From Owenia fusiformis (taxonomy: Eukaryota): DNA of 64,000 nt. Below are positions 52,101-63,600 of this stretch, in pieces (the stretch's first letter is position 1; every line of letters begins with the position of its first letter). A program made the translations under genes and the position numbers. Location of the stretch: NCBI GenBank assembly GCA_903813345.2, contig CAIIXF020000001.1:16802001-16866000 (forward strand), read 5' to 3'. The notes under the pieces are model-generated. The model saw only the letters and a program-made list of their open reading frames with translations, made no database searches and had not been told where the DNA came from.

Positions 52101-53481
52101 GCACTTGATGTTTAGTGTCTGTAACAAATGGCTGGTACTGACATTTTGCATGTTAATGCCCTGTATGAAAATTTTGTGATGACCTAAATACATATATTTA
52201 ATAAGTATACATTTCCAGTTAAAGAGGTAAATGCAAAATATCCCTGAATGTATGGAATGTATTTTCTATCTTAGAAAACTTTAATTAATGTTTTGTCTTT
52301 TCATATTTTTCAGTGAAAATGGTGAAGAAACTTGTTAGGTCCAACATGAGCAACGAGTACAAAGATAGTAAGTATAAAACACATAATCGTTGCTTAATTT
52401 AGTTGAAAATTGACTATTTGTATCTGAACTAATGCTAATGCTGGTAATTTGTACCATTGGCCATGGCACCTACTTTTGCCTTATTTTTGAAAAATAAGCT
52501 GTTTGATACCAAAATTCTATGATCGCCTAGATAAACTCCAGAAACAAACAGCTTTAAATAAGGATAAACTTTCTCATACTTCTCCCCTATTCAAAGTTTA
52601 AAAAATGTTAAATGTTTATGATGTTAACAGATATTCCATTGCTCAGTTCATATATAAAATCTTTAATGGGAGTCAGGACTCGTATAGATGGCAGATAACT
52701 ATTAGGTTGTTCTTCTCATCTGGCCCATTGGTTTGTGTGTAAATATTGCTGTTTTAAAACTTCAAATTCACTACACATATCAAATAAATATCATATTTTC
52801 CTTCATTATTATTTAAAAACATGTTTTAAGATTCAAAATCAAAGGTCTTTGGATATTTTCAATCACATTTATCTTGGGAGATTTTTGGAGCAATTTTTAC
52901 ATGTCAAAGTATGCTATTAAACCCACTGAATTTTTCGCCATCTATTGACAGTCCTGACCATGAGAGCCCATTGAATGGTGCCATTTTAAACTCTAAAAGG
53001 TTACTCATTTGACCTTTAGCATACAATGTGAAAGTCACATTTTCTCAAAAATTCTTTCAGGTACAAATGCATGAAGCATGTAGGTGTATAAAATATACCG
53101 TTTAGCAGATTTGATTTAAATTTTATGGGCTGATGCCTGGGGTAAAGAACTGTTTTTGAGAAGGAATTTTCAAGATGGTCAGTGTTCACTCAGTTCAAAG
53201 TGGCTACTAAGTACTACAGAAATAAATGTAATATTTGATAGCTTACCAGTTGATGGCTTTAGTTCAAATTTTATATGCTGGTGCCTTAGAAATTTTCAAT
53301 ATGGCCTCTGAATTTAATAGATAGATTAAACATGGTATGGTAAACATATAAGTCAAAATGACTTGATGTTGTTTAGCAAGGCAGATATAATTAATTGAAT
53401 GTGTAAGATTGAAAATCAAATCAGTATCATTTTAATGTATTTTCAGGTAATCGTCTCTTCCAGCTACTAAAATTGAGATGA
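37105..53481 (+). CDS. Uncharacterised protein, ~691 aa (~192 aa if the large exon is skipped); candidate CENP-R/ITGB3BP-like protein with a long acidic low-complexity insert
   Basis: Exons 37105-37251, 38214-38370 (alternative donor at 38361), 38671-40167, 40516-40607, 41213-41306, 52314-52367 and 53447-53481. All are GT-AG with consistent phases (0,1,1,0,1,1), 2076 nt to TGA. C-terminus QLENLTKIDSSMVYKKLKREVVK..VAKELARSKALLKMVKK..DSNRLFQLLKLR. The exon structure is well supported; the identity is tentative. Confidence 0.7.
41889..43180 (+). mobile_element. Helentron-associated (HINE/DINE-1/pearl-like) element, copy 1
   Basis: 5' TTATCCCATCGAACGAAGTTCG, (CGTC)n microsatellite, tandem ~105-125-bp core repeats, 3' subTIR GTTCGATGGGAT followed by the hairpin GCTACGCTTTGGCGTTGC, T-rich flanks. 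Confidence 0.85.
44114..46508 (-). CDS. NERD (PD-(D/E)xK) nuclease fused to a Schlafen-like SF1 helicase (DUF2075/UvrD-C type), ~640 aa, 2 coding exons, nested antisense in an intron
   Basis: Exon 46508-45748 (donor AG|gtatgc) joins in frame to exon 45275-44114 (acceptor tttacag), total 1923 nt. NERD pattern RGDDAE..L..MVILRD..QSDFFIIHGGGVICIQVKA. Helicase motifs: Walker A GPAGSGKT, Walker B VFVDEGQD, FWVFCDRSQ, LTKVMR, DSVQRFKGLE, YLGCSRS. Upstream acceptor at 46547 and a probable 5'UTR exon donor at 47776. Confidence 0.85.
49199..49745 (+). mobile_element. Degenerate Tc1/mariner transposase remnant
   Basis: Starts TA|CAGGGTG. Fragments RFSDESH..ANSRN, PFWFEVDNGNTVTVN and QWF*KDGATPHTS (DDD-domain motifs), interrupted by stops. 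Confidence 0.7.
49857..51969. mobile_element. Tigger/pogo-like non-autonomous element, interrupted by HINE copy 2
   Basis: TA|CAGTAAAACCTG...CAGGTTTTACTG|TA. Related short CAGT-TIR copies occur at ~254-433, 16148-16242, ~19710-19872, ~21180-21334 and ~25355-25492. Confidence 0.65.
50201..51604 (+). mobile_element. HINE-like element, copy 2 (nested in a CAGT-TIR MITE)
   Basis: Same termini and modular structure as the copy at 41889. Confidence 0.85.
51997..52165. repeat. Short dispersed repeat family (HINE-like); other copies at ~1925-2070, ~9090-9180 and ~15170-15325
   Basis: Shared GTGGTGACAT and GACATTTTGCATGTTAATGCC motifs, plus CCAAACACCATCCACA in two copies; copies occur in both orientations. 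Confidence 0.6.
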
Positions 53482-53489
53482 CAACTTGT

Positions 53490-53745
53490 TGGTAAAATAA
53501 CATTGCTGGTGGTGAAATAAAATTATTGATGGTGAAATGACATTGCTGGTGGTGAAATAAATTATTGATGGTGAAATGTCATAGCTGGTGGTGAAATAAA
53601 TTATTGATGGTGAAATGACATAGCTGGTGGTGAAATAACAAAACTGGCTTTGAAATGACATTATTGGTGGTGAAATGACATTGCTTATGGCCAAATGACA
53701 TAGCTGGTGGTAAAAGAACATTGCTGGTGGTGAACTGACATTTAA
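53490..53745. repeat. Tandem repeat with a ~19-20-bp unit (GGTGGTGAAATGACATTGCT-like), immediately after the stop codon of the plus-strand gene
   Basis: Repeated ggtgaaat units are directly visible. Confidence 0.75.
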
Positions 53746-53778
53746 AGAGCAGGGACATTGCCAGGCCATGAGCATATA

Positions 53779-54350
53779 CAGGGTGACACCGCTGGTCGTT
53801 GTTTTTTCCTTTGATTATCTCATAAATGTCATGATCAAGTTCATTTTTGGTACAAGTGTACATAAGTCAATGGATGACATCATTTAAAAGTGTGAAATGT
53901 CAATTTTCTTCTATTTTATTTGATGAGTATAACAGGACATGCTCCATATGTGCTCACTGGTACTAAAAACAAACTTCAATTCTGCGCTTAAAATCACTGA
54001 TCACTTTGACACATTCCTCAACCGTAATAGCTCATATTGCTAATTTCAGCCCAGGAGGAGCAGGATGAGGTTTGTTTTTGTACACATTATCCTTTAGTAG
54101 GCCCAAAAGATGAAAATCTAGAGGGTTTAAGTCAGGACTGTGAGGGGCCCATATATTGGAACACCACCTACTGATCAATATAACTCCAACCTTGCACTGT
54201 GTAGCCCCATCTTACTGGAACCACTGCTCATTTCGTAGAAAGTATGCCGAGCTTTGAGAGTGCAACCAAAGCTGTACATTTTTTAACCAGAGATTTGATT
54301 CTTAGACTACAATCCTTGGATATCTATCCAAGGAAATGGTATGTTTGAAC
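53779..54350 (-). mobile_element. Tc1/mariner transposase 3' remnant
   Basis: Minus-strand translation gives EQWFQ*DGAT and IWAPHSPDLNPLDFHLLGLLKDNVYKNKP. Terminus TA|CAGGGTG at 53779. Confidence 0.75.
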
Positions 54351-54399
54351 CTTGCCATGATTTTGAATCAGACATGACATTAGACGCCGTAATTTTGGG

Positions 54400-56150
54400 A
54401 TGTGAAATGACACATGATACACTGGGATATGATATAGTGATATGATAGTGATTTCTTCGACATGATATGATATTAGCTTATACAATATTCTACATTGATG
54501 AAACTTGATACATACTGACTTCTTCGACATGATATGTCATTAGCTGATATGATATTCTACATTAATCAATTGATTCCCCTGACATGATATTATTTAATAT
54601 TATATGATATTATCTAATATAATATGATAATGAGACTTGATATATAGTTATAATACTGATCTCTTTGACATGATATGATATTATTTAATATGATATGATA
54701 CATTAATGGGACTTGATCCATAGTGAAATAATACTAATTTCCTTGACATAATATGATATTATCTAATATGATACGCTACATTAATGGGACCTGATATACA
54801 GTCAAGTGATACTGATTTCTATGATATGATATTATCTTACCTGATATGCTACATTATTCCTATGGTATGATATGATATTATCCAATATGATATGCTACAT
54901 TAATGGGACTTGACATATAGTCAAATGTTACTGATTTCTATGACATGATATGATATTATTTAATATGATATGTCACATTAACGGGACTTGACATATAGTC
55001 AAATGTTACTGATTTCTATGACATGATATGATATTATTTAATATGATATGTTACATTAATGGGACTTGATATATAGTCAAATGATACTGATTTCTATGAC
55101 TTGATATGATATTATCTAATATGATATGCTACATTAATGGGACTTGACATATAGTCAAGTGATACTGATTTCTATGACATGATATGATATTATCTTATTT
55201 GATATGTTACATTAATGGGACTTGATATATATTCAAATGATACTGATTGCTATGACATGATATGATATTATCGAATATGATATGTTACATTAATGGGACT
55301 TGATATATAGTCAAGTGAGACTGACTTCTATGATATGATATGATATTATCGAATATGATATGTTACATTAATGGGACTTGATATATAGTCAAGTGAGACT
55401 GACTTCTATGATATGATATTATCTAACATGTTGATATGCTACACTATTTCTATTACATGGCATGATATGATATCATCTTACTTGATATGCTACATTAATG
55501 GGACTTTTTATATATTCAAATGATACTGATTGCTATGACATGATATGGTATTATCGAAAATGATATGCTTCATTAATGGGACTTGATATATAGTCAAATG
55601 ATACTGATTTCTATGATATGATATTATCACACATAACATGCTACAGTATTCCTATGACATGATATGATATTATCTAATATGATATGCTACATTAATGGGA
55701 CTTGATATAAAGTCAAGTAATACTGATTTCTATGACATGATATGATATTATCTTACATGATATGGTACATTATTTCTATGACATGACATGATATTATCTA
55801 ATACAATATGCTACATTAATGGGACTTGATATATACTGATTTCTATGACATGATATGATATTATCTAATATGATATGCTACATTAATGGGACTTGACATA
55901 TAGTCTTGTGATACTGATATGACATGATATGATATTATCTTACTTGATATGCTACATTAATGGGACTTGATATATATTTTTTAAAATGATACTGATTGCT
56001 ATGGCATGATATTATCGAATATGATATGCTACATTAATGGGACTTGATATACAGTCAAGTGATACTAATTTTATGATATGATATTATCTTACATGATATT
56101 CTACATTATTTTTATGACATGATATGATATTATCTTACTTGATATAAGTT
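54400..56150. repeat. AT-rich satellite with a ~78-bp unit and shorter variant units
   Basis: ATTAATGGGACTTGA-like motif recurs at 54899, 54977, 55055 and onward; the unit is built from ATGAT pentamers. Confidence 0.85.
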
Positions 56151-56424
56151 GAAAAGTTGTACATAAAATTGTTGCTTTCAAAGCACACTTATCATTCTGT
56201 TACTAGGCACCAAGTCCAAATTACGATATGATTTAGTGTGCAATGATGAAGCTTTACATGCTTATTTGATGGTAAGGCTCTGTATGGTAACTCTTGTCAG
56301 AATTGAATTATTCTATTATATCCTTCACTATAATTATAGTAGTATGGTGAATGTATGTATCATTATAGTTATATTTTGTGTTTTATGGTTCATCTATGCA
56401 GAGAGATCTTGATCTGCATTGTAT

Positions 56425-59400
56425 GCCCCTCCCATTCTTGCATGATGTGTGATACAGTATTTTCGCCTCCACTCACCACTTCCCACTCCCCACCCTCCAG
56501 CATGGTCAATTATATCTTTGATCCTGGATAATATCAATACTGATATGCCAGGTCTCTGGAGCATATTGCCTTTTGCCAATGCTATGTTAGATGACATTTC
56601 TATATACGACCAATGTGACAACTTTGTCTTCAATGCTAAAGATCTTAATAACATTGCAAACGACAAGGATGATATTAATCAATTAGACTCCCAATTAGAA
56701 ACTAATATGAATTCATGTAAATATCATGAAAACTTAATTAGTGTAAACAATGACCTTAGAAATTCATCAAATGATGAACTTACAGTTTTACATGTTAATG
56801 CAAGGAGCCTCAATGCAAATAAATCAGCCTTATATGGCTTGATGGCACAATTTGAGAAAGACTTTTCGGTAATTGGTATTTCTGAAACTTGGCTTAATAG
56901 TAATATTGAATCATTATCTAATCATTATAAATATGAATCCTTTTTTGACCACAGAGATACTAACGGTGGCGGTACTGCTTTGTTTGTCCGTAAAGGTTTA
57001 AACTGTAAAATTAGACCAGACTTAAAATTAAATCACAATGATTGCAACTCCACAACTATTGAAATACTCAACCCCAATTCAAAAAACATCTTAGTGTCAT
57101 GTATTTACAAACCACCTGACGTTAATATCAACAATTTTAATGAGAAATTTGAAGAATTTCTTCGCTCTTTATGTTCTGAGGACAAATCAATCTATTTAAT
57201 GGGTGATACTAATATTGACTTGCTTAAGGTAGAACACCATAATCCGTCAAATGATTTTATCAACTTGTTATTTTCATATAGCTTATTTCCTTTGATCTTA
57301 ACTACTAGAGTTACACCTCATTCAGCAACCTTAATTGACAACATCTTCACTAATGTTCCAAATATAAAATCAGCAGGTATACTAGTTCAATCAATTTCTG
57401 ACCACCTACCCATTTTTGCCATTACAGAAAAAAATGTAAAATCAACTATGACTAAAGATATACACTACAGATTAATAAATGATAACTCTATAAGTAATTT
57501 CAAACGTAATGTACGAATGATTGACTGGAGTGATGTTACTGAATGTCAAGATACTAATGAAGCTTATTCAATTTTCAATAACAAATTATCAATCCAATAT
57601 GAACAGGCCTTCCCTATTAAATCCAAAAATGTCAAGCAATTTAAAAACAACGGTAAACCTTGGCTCACATCTGGCATAATAACTTCTTGTAAGACAAAAA
57701 ATAAACTTTACCTAAAATATCTTAAAAACTCAACGCAGGAAAATAATCAAATTTATAAAAATTATAAGAATAGATTGAAACATATTATGAGAATTGCTGA
57801 AAGAAAATATTATCAATCTAGGTTCTCAGAAGTATCATCTAATATTAAAAAAACTTGGGAAATTTTGAACGAAATTATGCAAAGAAAAAAGAAAAATTAC
57901 AAGCCTCTACCTACCTCATTTACAGAAAATAATAAAACAATAACAGGTAAGAAAAATATAGCCAACGGATTCAACAACTTTTTTTCAAATGTAGGGCTTA
58001 ATTGTGCAAAAAATGTAGGACAATCCAACTATTCACCTGATACTTTTTTGAATAAAATGAATAGAGTAAATAATTCCATATTTCTTACTCCAGCCAATCA
58101 TACAGAAATTGTTAAAATTATCACGCAGCTATCTGACTCAGCAGCTGGGCCAGATAATTTTAAACCTATTGTTATAAAGGAATGCAGTGAATTTCTAGGC
58201 TTTCCAATTATGCATGTTATTAACCTATCATTTTCATCTGGAGTATTTCCAGATAAACTTAAATTCGCAAAAGTAATTCCAATCCACAAAAAAGACAGAA
58301 CAGATGTATTTAACCATTATAGACCTATCTCTCTCTTATCAGTCTTTTCAAAAATCTTTGAGAAATGTATATATATTCGAACTTTTGATTTCCTTGAAAA
58401 ACAAAATGTATTTTATGCCCACCAATACGGATTTAAGAAAAATCACTCAACTTTCATGGCACTTTTAAAATTTGTTGAAACCGTACGACTTGCTATTGAT
58501 AAAAAGAAACTTTGTTTAGGAATTATGTGTGACCTTTCAAAAGCGTTTGATACTTTAAACCATACTATTCTTTTGAAAAAACTAGATCACTTTGGCATAA
58601 GAGGTACTGCTCTCAAATGGTTCCAAAGTTATCTCTCAGATCGATCTCAAATTGTAGAAATTGATGATACAACCTCAGATATAGCCAATTTTACCTGTGG
58701 AGTGCCTCAAGGCACAATACTGGGCCCATTACTTTTTATTATTTACATTAACGATATCTACAAATGTTCAGAGAAAGCAGAAATGTTCCTTTACGCAGAT
58801 GACACAAATATTCTCTTTTCTGGTGATAATCTTGATGAAATCAATTCTACTGCAAATAAAGAGCTATCGATTATTAATGAATGGTTTAAATGCAACAAAC
58901 TCGCTCTCAATCCAAACAAAACCAACTTCATTATTTTCAAAACTGCTCAAAAAGAAATAGATTACAGCAAAGTCAATCTCACAATGAATAACGTCCCACT
59001 TGAAAGAAAATCAGTTTGTAATTTCCTCGGAACACTTATTGATGAACATTTATCATGGAAAGCCCACATTAACTATGTTGAAACGAAGATTTCAAAGACT
59101 TTGGGAGTTATTCACAGAGTCAAACACCTTTTAGACAAAAAGAGTTTAAAACATATTTATTATTCCTTAATTTATTCATATTTAAACTATAACCTTATTG
59201 TGTGGGGGAACGTTCCCCCATCTTCTCTAAATAAAATTCACCGTTTGCAAAAACAATTTATAAGAATATACGATACAAATTGTAAATTAAGAGATCACAC
59301 AGCACCATTCTTCAAAAATGCTAACATTCTTAATATATTTCAATTTTTAAAGTCAGTATCCTGACATATCTTTTCAAATGTATCAAAGGCACTGACCCAA

Positions 59401-60029
59401 CATCCAAAAACCAATTCAGTTATTACTTCACTCCAAACAATATTATTCATAGACATGAGACTAGACAACAATTCAAACTCAGATCAGCAACTTTTAGAAC
59501 AAACATTGGCAAATATTCCATCAGTAAGCAGGGACCAGATTTATGGAATATATTACCTGATGAAGTTACTAAGTGCAACTCTATACCTCTTTTCAAGAAA
59601 AAGATCAAGTCATTTTTGATCAATCAATGACAAAAATCTCCAATTAGCTATTCACTTATGCTGTCTACCTAGTAGCTATTGTTATCGTTCTTTCTTTTTC
59701 TGCTCATTGTTTTTATTCCATCATCTAATTGGCAAAGCCAACATATATCATCGCCTATCATTTTTCAAAGCACTTAACCTTATTCGAATATACTGCTCAG
59801 AGACTGTAACTGGCAACCCAGTTTACTTTCCATATTGTTAAGACCATGCTGACGGGTGGGGGATGGGGGTGGGGAGTGCGAGGCTGGAGATACATAATTT
59901 ACACAACACTGCTTGTCATGTTCATCTTCTCTGTGCGGATAATATGCCCATTAGGGTGTCATCCGCCTTATCTGTATGTTTCGCCAGATGTTTGAAAATA
60001 AATAAATGAAATGAAATGAAATGAAATGA
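56425..60029 (+). mobile_element. CR1-group (Crack/Daphne/L2-like) LINE: near-complete ORF2 (APE endonuclease + RT), ORF1 missing, (AAATG)n tail
   Basis: ORF 56449-59364 has APE motifs LHVNARS, GISETWL, GGGTALFV, MGDTN, LIDNIF, SDHLP and RT motifs YRPISLL, QYGF, DLSKAFD, GVPQGTILGP, YADD. A frameshift near 59345 continues to ~59629 (HRHETR..GPDLWN). The 3' tail is AATAAA(TGAAA)n. Candidate TSD GCATTGTAT at 56416-56424 and 60031-60039. Confidence 0.92.
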
Positions 60030-60119
60030 GGCATTGTATCAGACTCATTGGAAATTCCATGCACATAACTTGAACAAAGAAGCTGGGTACTATGAGTTTG
60101 TGTACATGTACTTTCGTTA

Positions 60120-61331
60120 TTATCCCATCGAACGAAGTTCGGAGGGATATAGGGAACGCCTCCGTCCATCCATCTGTCCGTCCGTCCGTCTGTCCGTCCG
60201 TCCGTCCGTACGTACGTCCGTCCGTCCGTCCGGGCAATAACTCAAATACCGTTGGCCCAATTTTGTTCATATTTTGTACACATATACCCTATGGAGGTAG
60301 AAGTTCTGCACGAAAGCCGATTTTCAAAATGGCTGCTCATTTCAAAATGGCAGCCATTTTAGTGCCGAATTTACAGTAATTTAGGTGCAATATGTAAAAC
60401 TGTAATAGCAATATGTTTTAGATGTAAAAAAATTATATAGGACATTAATAAAGCTAGAAATGTAGATATTAAAGAAGCACATGGCAGCCATCTTGAAAAA
60501 TGGCGGCCTTTACTCGTTATTTTACGATTTTTGCTGTAACTTGAAAAGTAGTGGAGCGATTTTGTTTATATTTGGTATGTGAATACTATAAACATTGCAC
60601 ACTGTCTAAAGACACTTTTGGTAGAAGGCGGCCATTTTAAAAAATGGCCACCATTTTGAAAAATGGCCGCCATTTTAACCTATTTTGCTATAACTCGAAA
60701 AGTAGTGAAGCGATTTTGTTCATATTTGGCATGTGAATACTATAAGCATGGCACACTGTCTAATGACACTTTTGGTAGAAGGGGTCATTTTTCAAAATGG
60801 CCACCATTTTAACGTATTTTACTATAACTCGAAAAGCAGTGGAAAGATTTTGTTCATATTTGGTATGTGAATACTAAAAGCATGACACACTGTCCTATGA
60901 CACTTTTAGTAGAAGGTGGCCATTTTGAAAAAAATTTTGAAAAATGGCCACCATTTTAACGTATTTTATAATAATTCGAAAAGTAGTGAAGCAATTTTGT
61001 TCATATTTGGTATGTGAATACTATAAGCATGGCACACTGTCGAATGACACTTTTGGTAGAAGGCGGCCATTTTTCAAAATGGCCACCATTTTTCAAAATG
61101 GCCACCATTTTTCAAAATGGCCGCCATTTTAACATATTTTACTATAACTCGAAAAGTAGTGGAGCGATTTTGTTCATATTTGGTATGTGGCAAATGGTCT
61201 AATGACACTTTTGGTAGAAGGTGGCCATTTTGAAAAATGCCTGCCATTTTTGCTATATACTTTGTTTGTAAAAATGCCATCCATGGCTGTTCGATGGGAT
61301 TCGCTACGCTTTGGCGTTGCCGTTGTTCTGT
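60120..61331 (+). mobile_element. HINE-like element, copy 3
   Basis: Same termini and core repeats as the copy at 41889. Confidence 0.85.
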
Positions 61332-62551
61332 TTTTTTCATAAAGTTAACCTGCACTCTAAATTCACAAATTACAAAATTGGCAGCCCTACCCCAAAGATT
61401 GGTGCCTGTGTGGGTAATAAAGCATTTCAAATCTATCACATTGACGTACCCTTTCTCAACCAATCAGCGAAGTGGAAGGAATGCGTGCTAAATACGTGCT
61501 CATTAACTATGCGGTGATGTCTTATGAAATGACCATATAGAAAGTAATCTGTATTTCGATGACGAACTCTGATTGGCTTGGTGAGTTCAGAGATTTATTG
61601 TTAACTGAAAGAGTGAAGACGAAGCTCTCTTTTAAGAAGTGAAGTTGAACGAAGGGTATAATATGTGTAATTGTTTTATGTAAAAAAAATAATTGATAAC
61701 CTATTGAAGATTTAATATGTTGTAATATGTACAAATATAGTAACATTGAAAGGGGGGCACCGTTTCTTAAGCCTTAACAGGTATGTCATGGAATGATGAG
61801 AGTAAAAAATATTGAAAATCGAAACATACTCTCAACTCTAAATACTGTGCCTAGACAACATCATATAAGTCTGTCATTCTCGTAAAGAAAATGTAAAATA
61901 TTTAAATACCTATTATATGAAGCACCTTGTAATATACTCTATAATTTTGTATTTTATTAATTTATATTAATATTTTATTGTATTTATATTGAATTGTTTC
62001 CATATGACACACCTGGTGTCAATTTTAGGCTCTAACTGCACAAGAAAGCAGCAGGTTTTCAATCAGATGGTGTCATATTGTTAGGAAATGATTTATCTTT
62101 AAAATGATATATAATACATTGCATGGTGTAGCGTTATATCATAATTATGATATTCATCCTTAAACTTGGGTATTGTTTCTTTGCCCGCCCTGTATATGAA
62201 TTATTATTGCAGTTACAGTATTTTCCATATGAGCACAAGGGTTACATCATGTGCATGTGTATGAACATTTCATCTGTTTCTAACTTCTTACTTTATGAAG
62301 AGATTTGAAGGAAATGTAAATCATGATATTTATTTGGTATATCCCATGAATGTAATCTTTTAAATCATGTTACCTCTATCAAGCAATATTTCAGTTTTGG
62401 GTTTCTTTTTTAAGTTTTTATTTCTCAATTTCCATGGCTTAGGAATGCACTTTGTAATTCTTCATCTTTTTCATTTTTCTTTAGTAGGCTCAAAATCAGA
62501 ACATAAATCAATTTTGAATTTACAATTTCAAATAGATTGCCACTCTTTTTA

Positions 62552-63600
62552 TTATCCCATCGAACGAAGTTCGGAGGGATATAGGGAACGCCTCCGTCCG
62601 TCCGTCCGTCCGTCCGTACATACGTCCGTCCGTCCGTCCGTCCGTCTGTCCGTCCGTCCGGGCAATAACTCAAATACTGTTGGCCCGATTTTGTTCATAT
62701 TTTGTACACATATACTCTATGGGGGTAGAAGTTCTGCTCGAAAGCCGATTTTCAAAATGGCCACTCATTTCAAAATGGCGGCCATTTTAGTGCCGATTTT
62801 ACAGTAATTTAGGTGTAATATGTAAAACTGTAATAGCAATATGTTTTAAATGTAAAAAAATTATAAAGGACATTAATAATGCTTCAAATGTAGATATTAA
62901 AGAAGCACATGGCAGCCATCTTGAAAAATGGCGGCCTTTACTCGTCATTTTACGATTTTTGCTATAACTCAAAAAATAGTGGAGCGATTTTGTTCATATT
63001 TGGTATGTGAATACTATAAGCATTGCACACTGTCTAAAGACACTTTTGGTAGAAGGCGGCCATTTTGAAAAAAATTTTGAAAAATGGCCGCCATTTTAAT
63101 GTATTTTACTATAACTCGAAAAGTAGTGGAGTGACTTTGTTCATATTTGGTATGTGAATACTATAAGCAAGGCACACTGTCTATTTCTAATGACACTTTT
63201 GGTAGACAGTGGCCATTTTGAAAAATGGCCGCTATTTCAACGTATTTTACTATAACTCGAAAAGTAGTGGAGCGATTTTGTTCATATTTGATATGTGAAT
63301 ACTTTAAGCATGGCACATTGTCTAATAAAACTTTGGGGCGTAGTTGGCCATTTTGAAAAATGGCCACCATTTTTATGTGTGCTATTTTACAAGTATGTGT
63401 GCGATTTTTCAAAAATTTTAGAGGTGGCTACTTAAAAGCATATTATTTCTTCTGATGACAACTTGGCTAGTGAGCAATCATTTTGAAAATGGTGGCCTTT
63501 CTGGTGTGTTCTTTTATGATATTTGCTATTCGTTTGTAAAAATGCCAGCCATTTCTGTTCGATGGGATTCGCTACGCTTTGGCGTTGCCGTTGTTCTGGT
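62552..63600 (+). mobile_element. HINE-like element, copy 4
   Basis: Same termini, with fewer core repeats. Confidence 0.85.

Noticed and set aside
53779-62193. One large mariner element spanning CAGGGTG (53779) to GCCCTG|TA (~62190)
   Set aside because: The two ends match only over CAGGG and diverge afterwards, so they probably belong to different elements.
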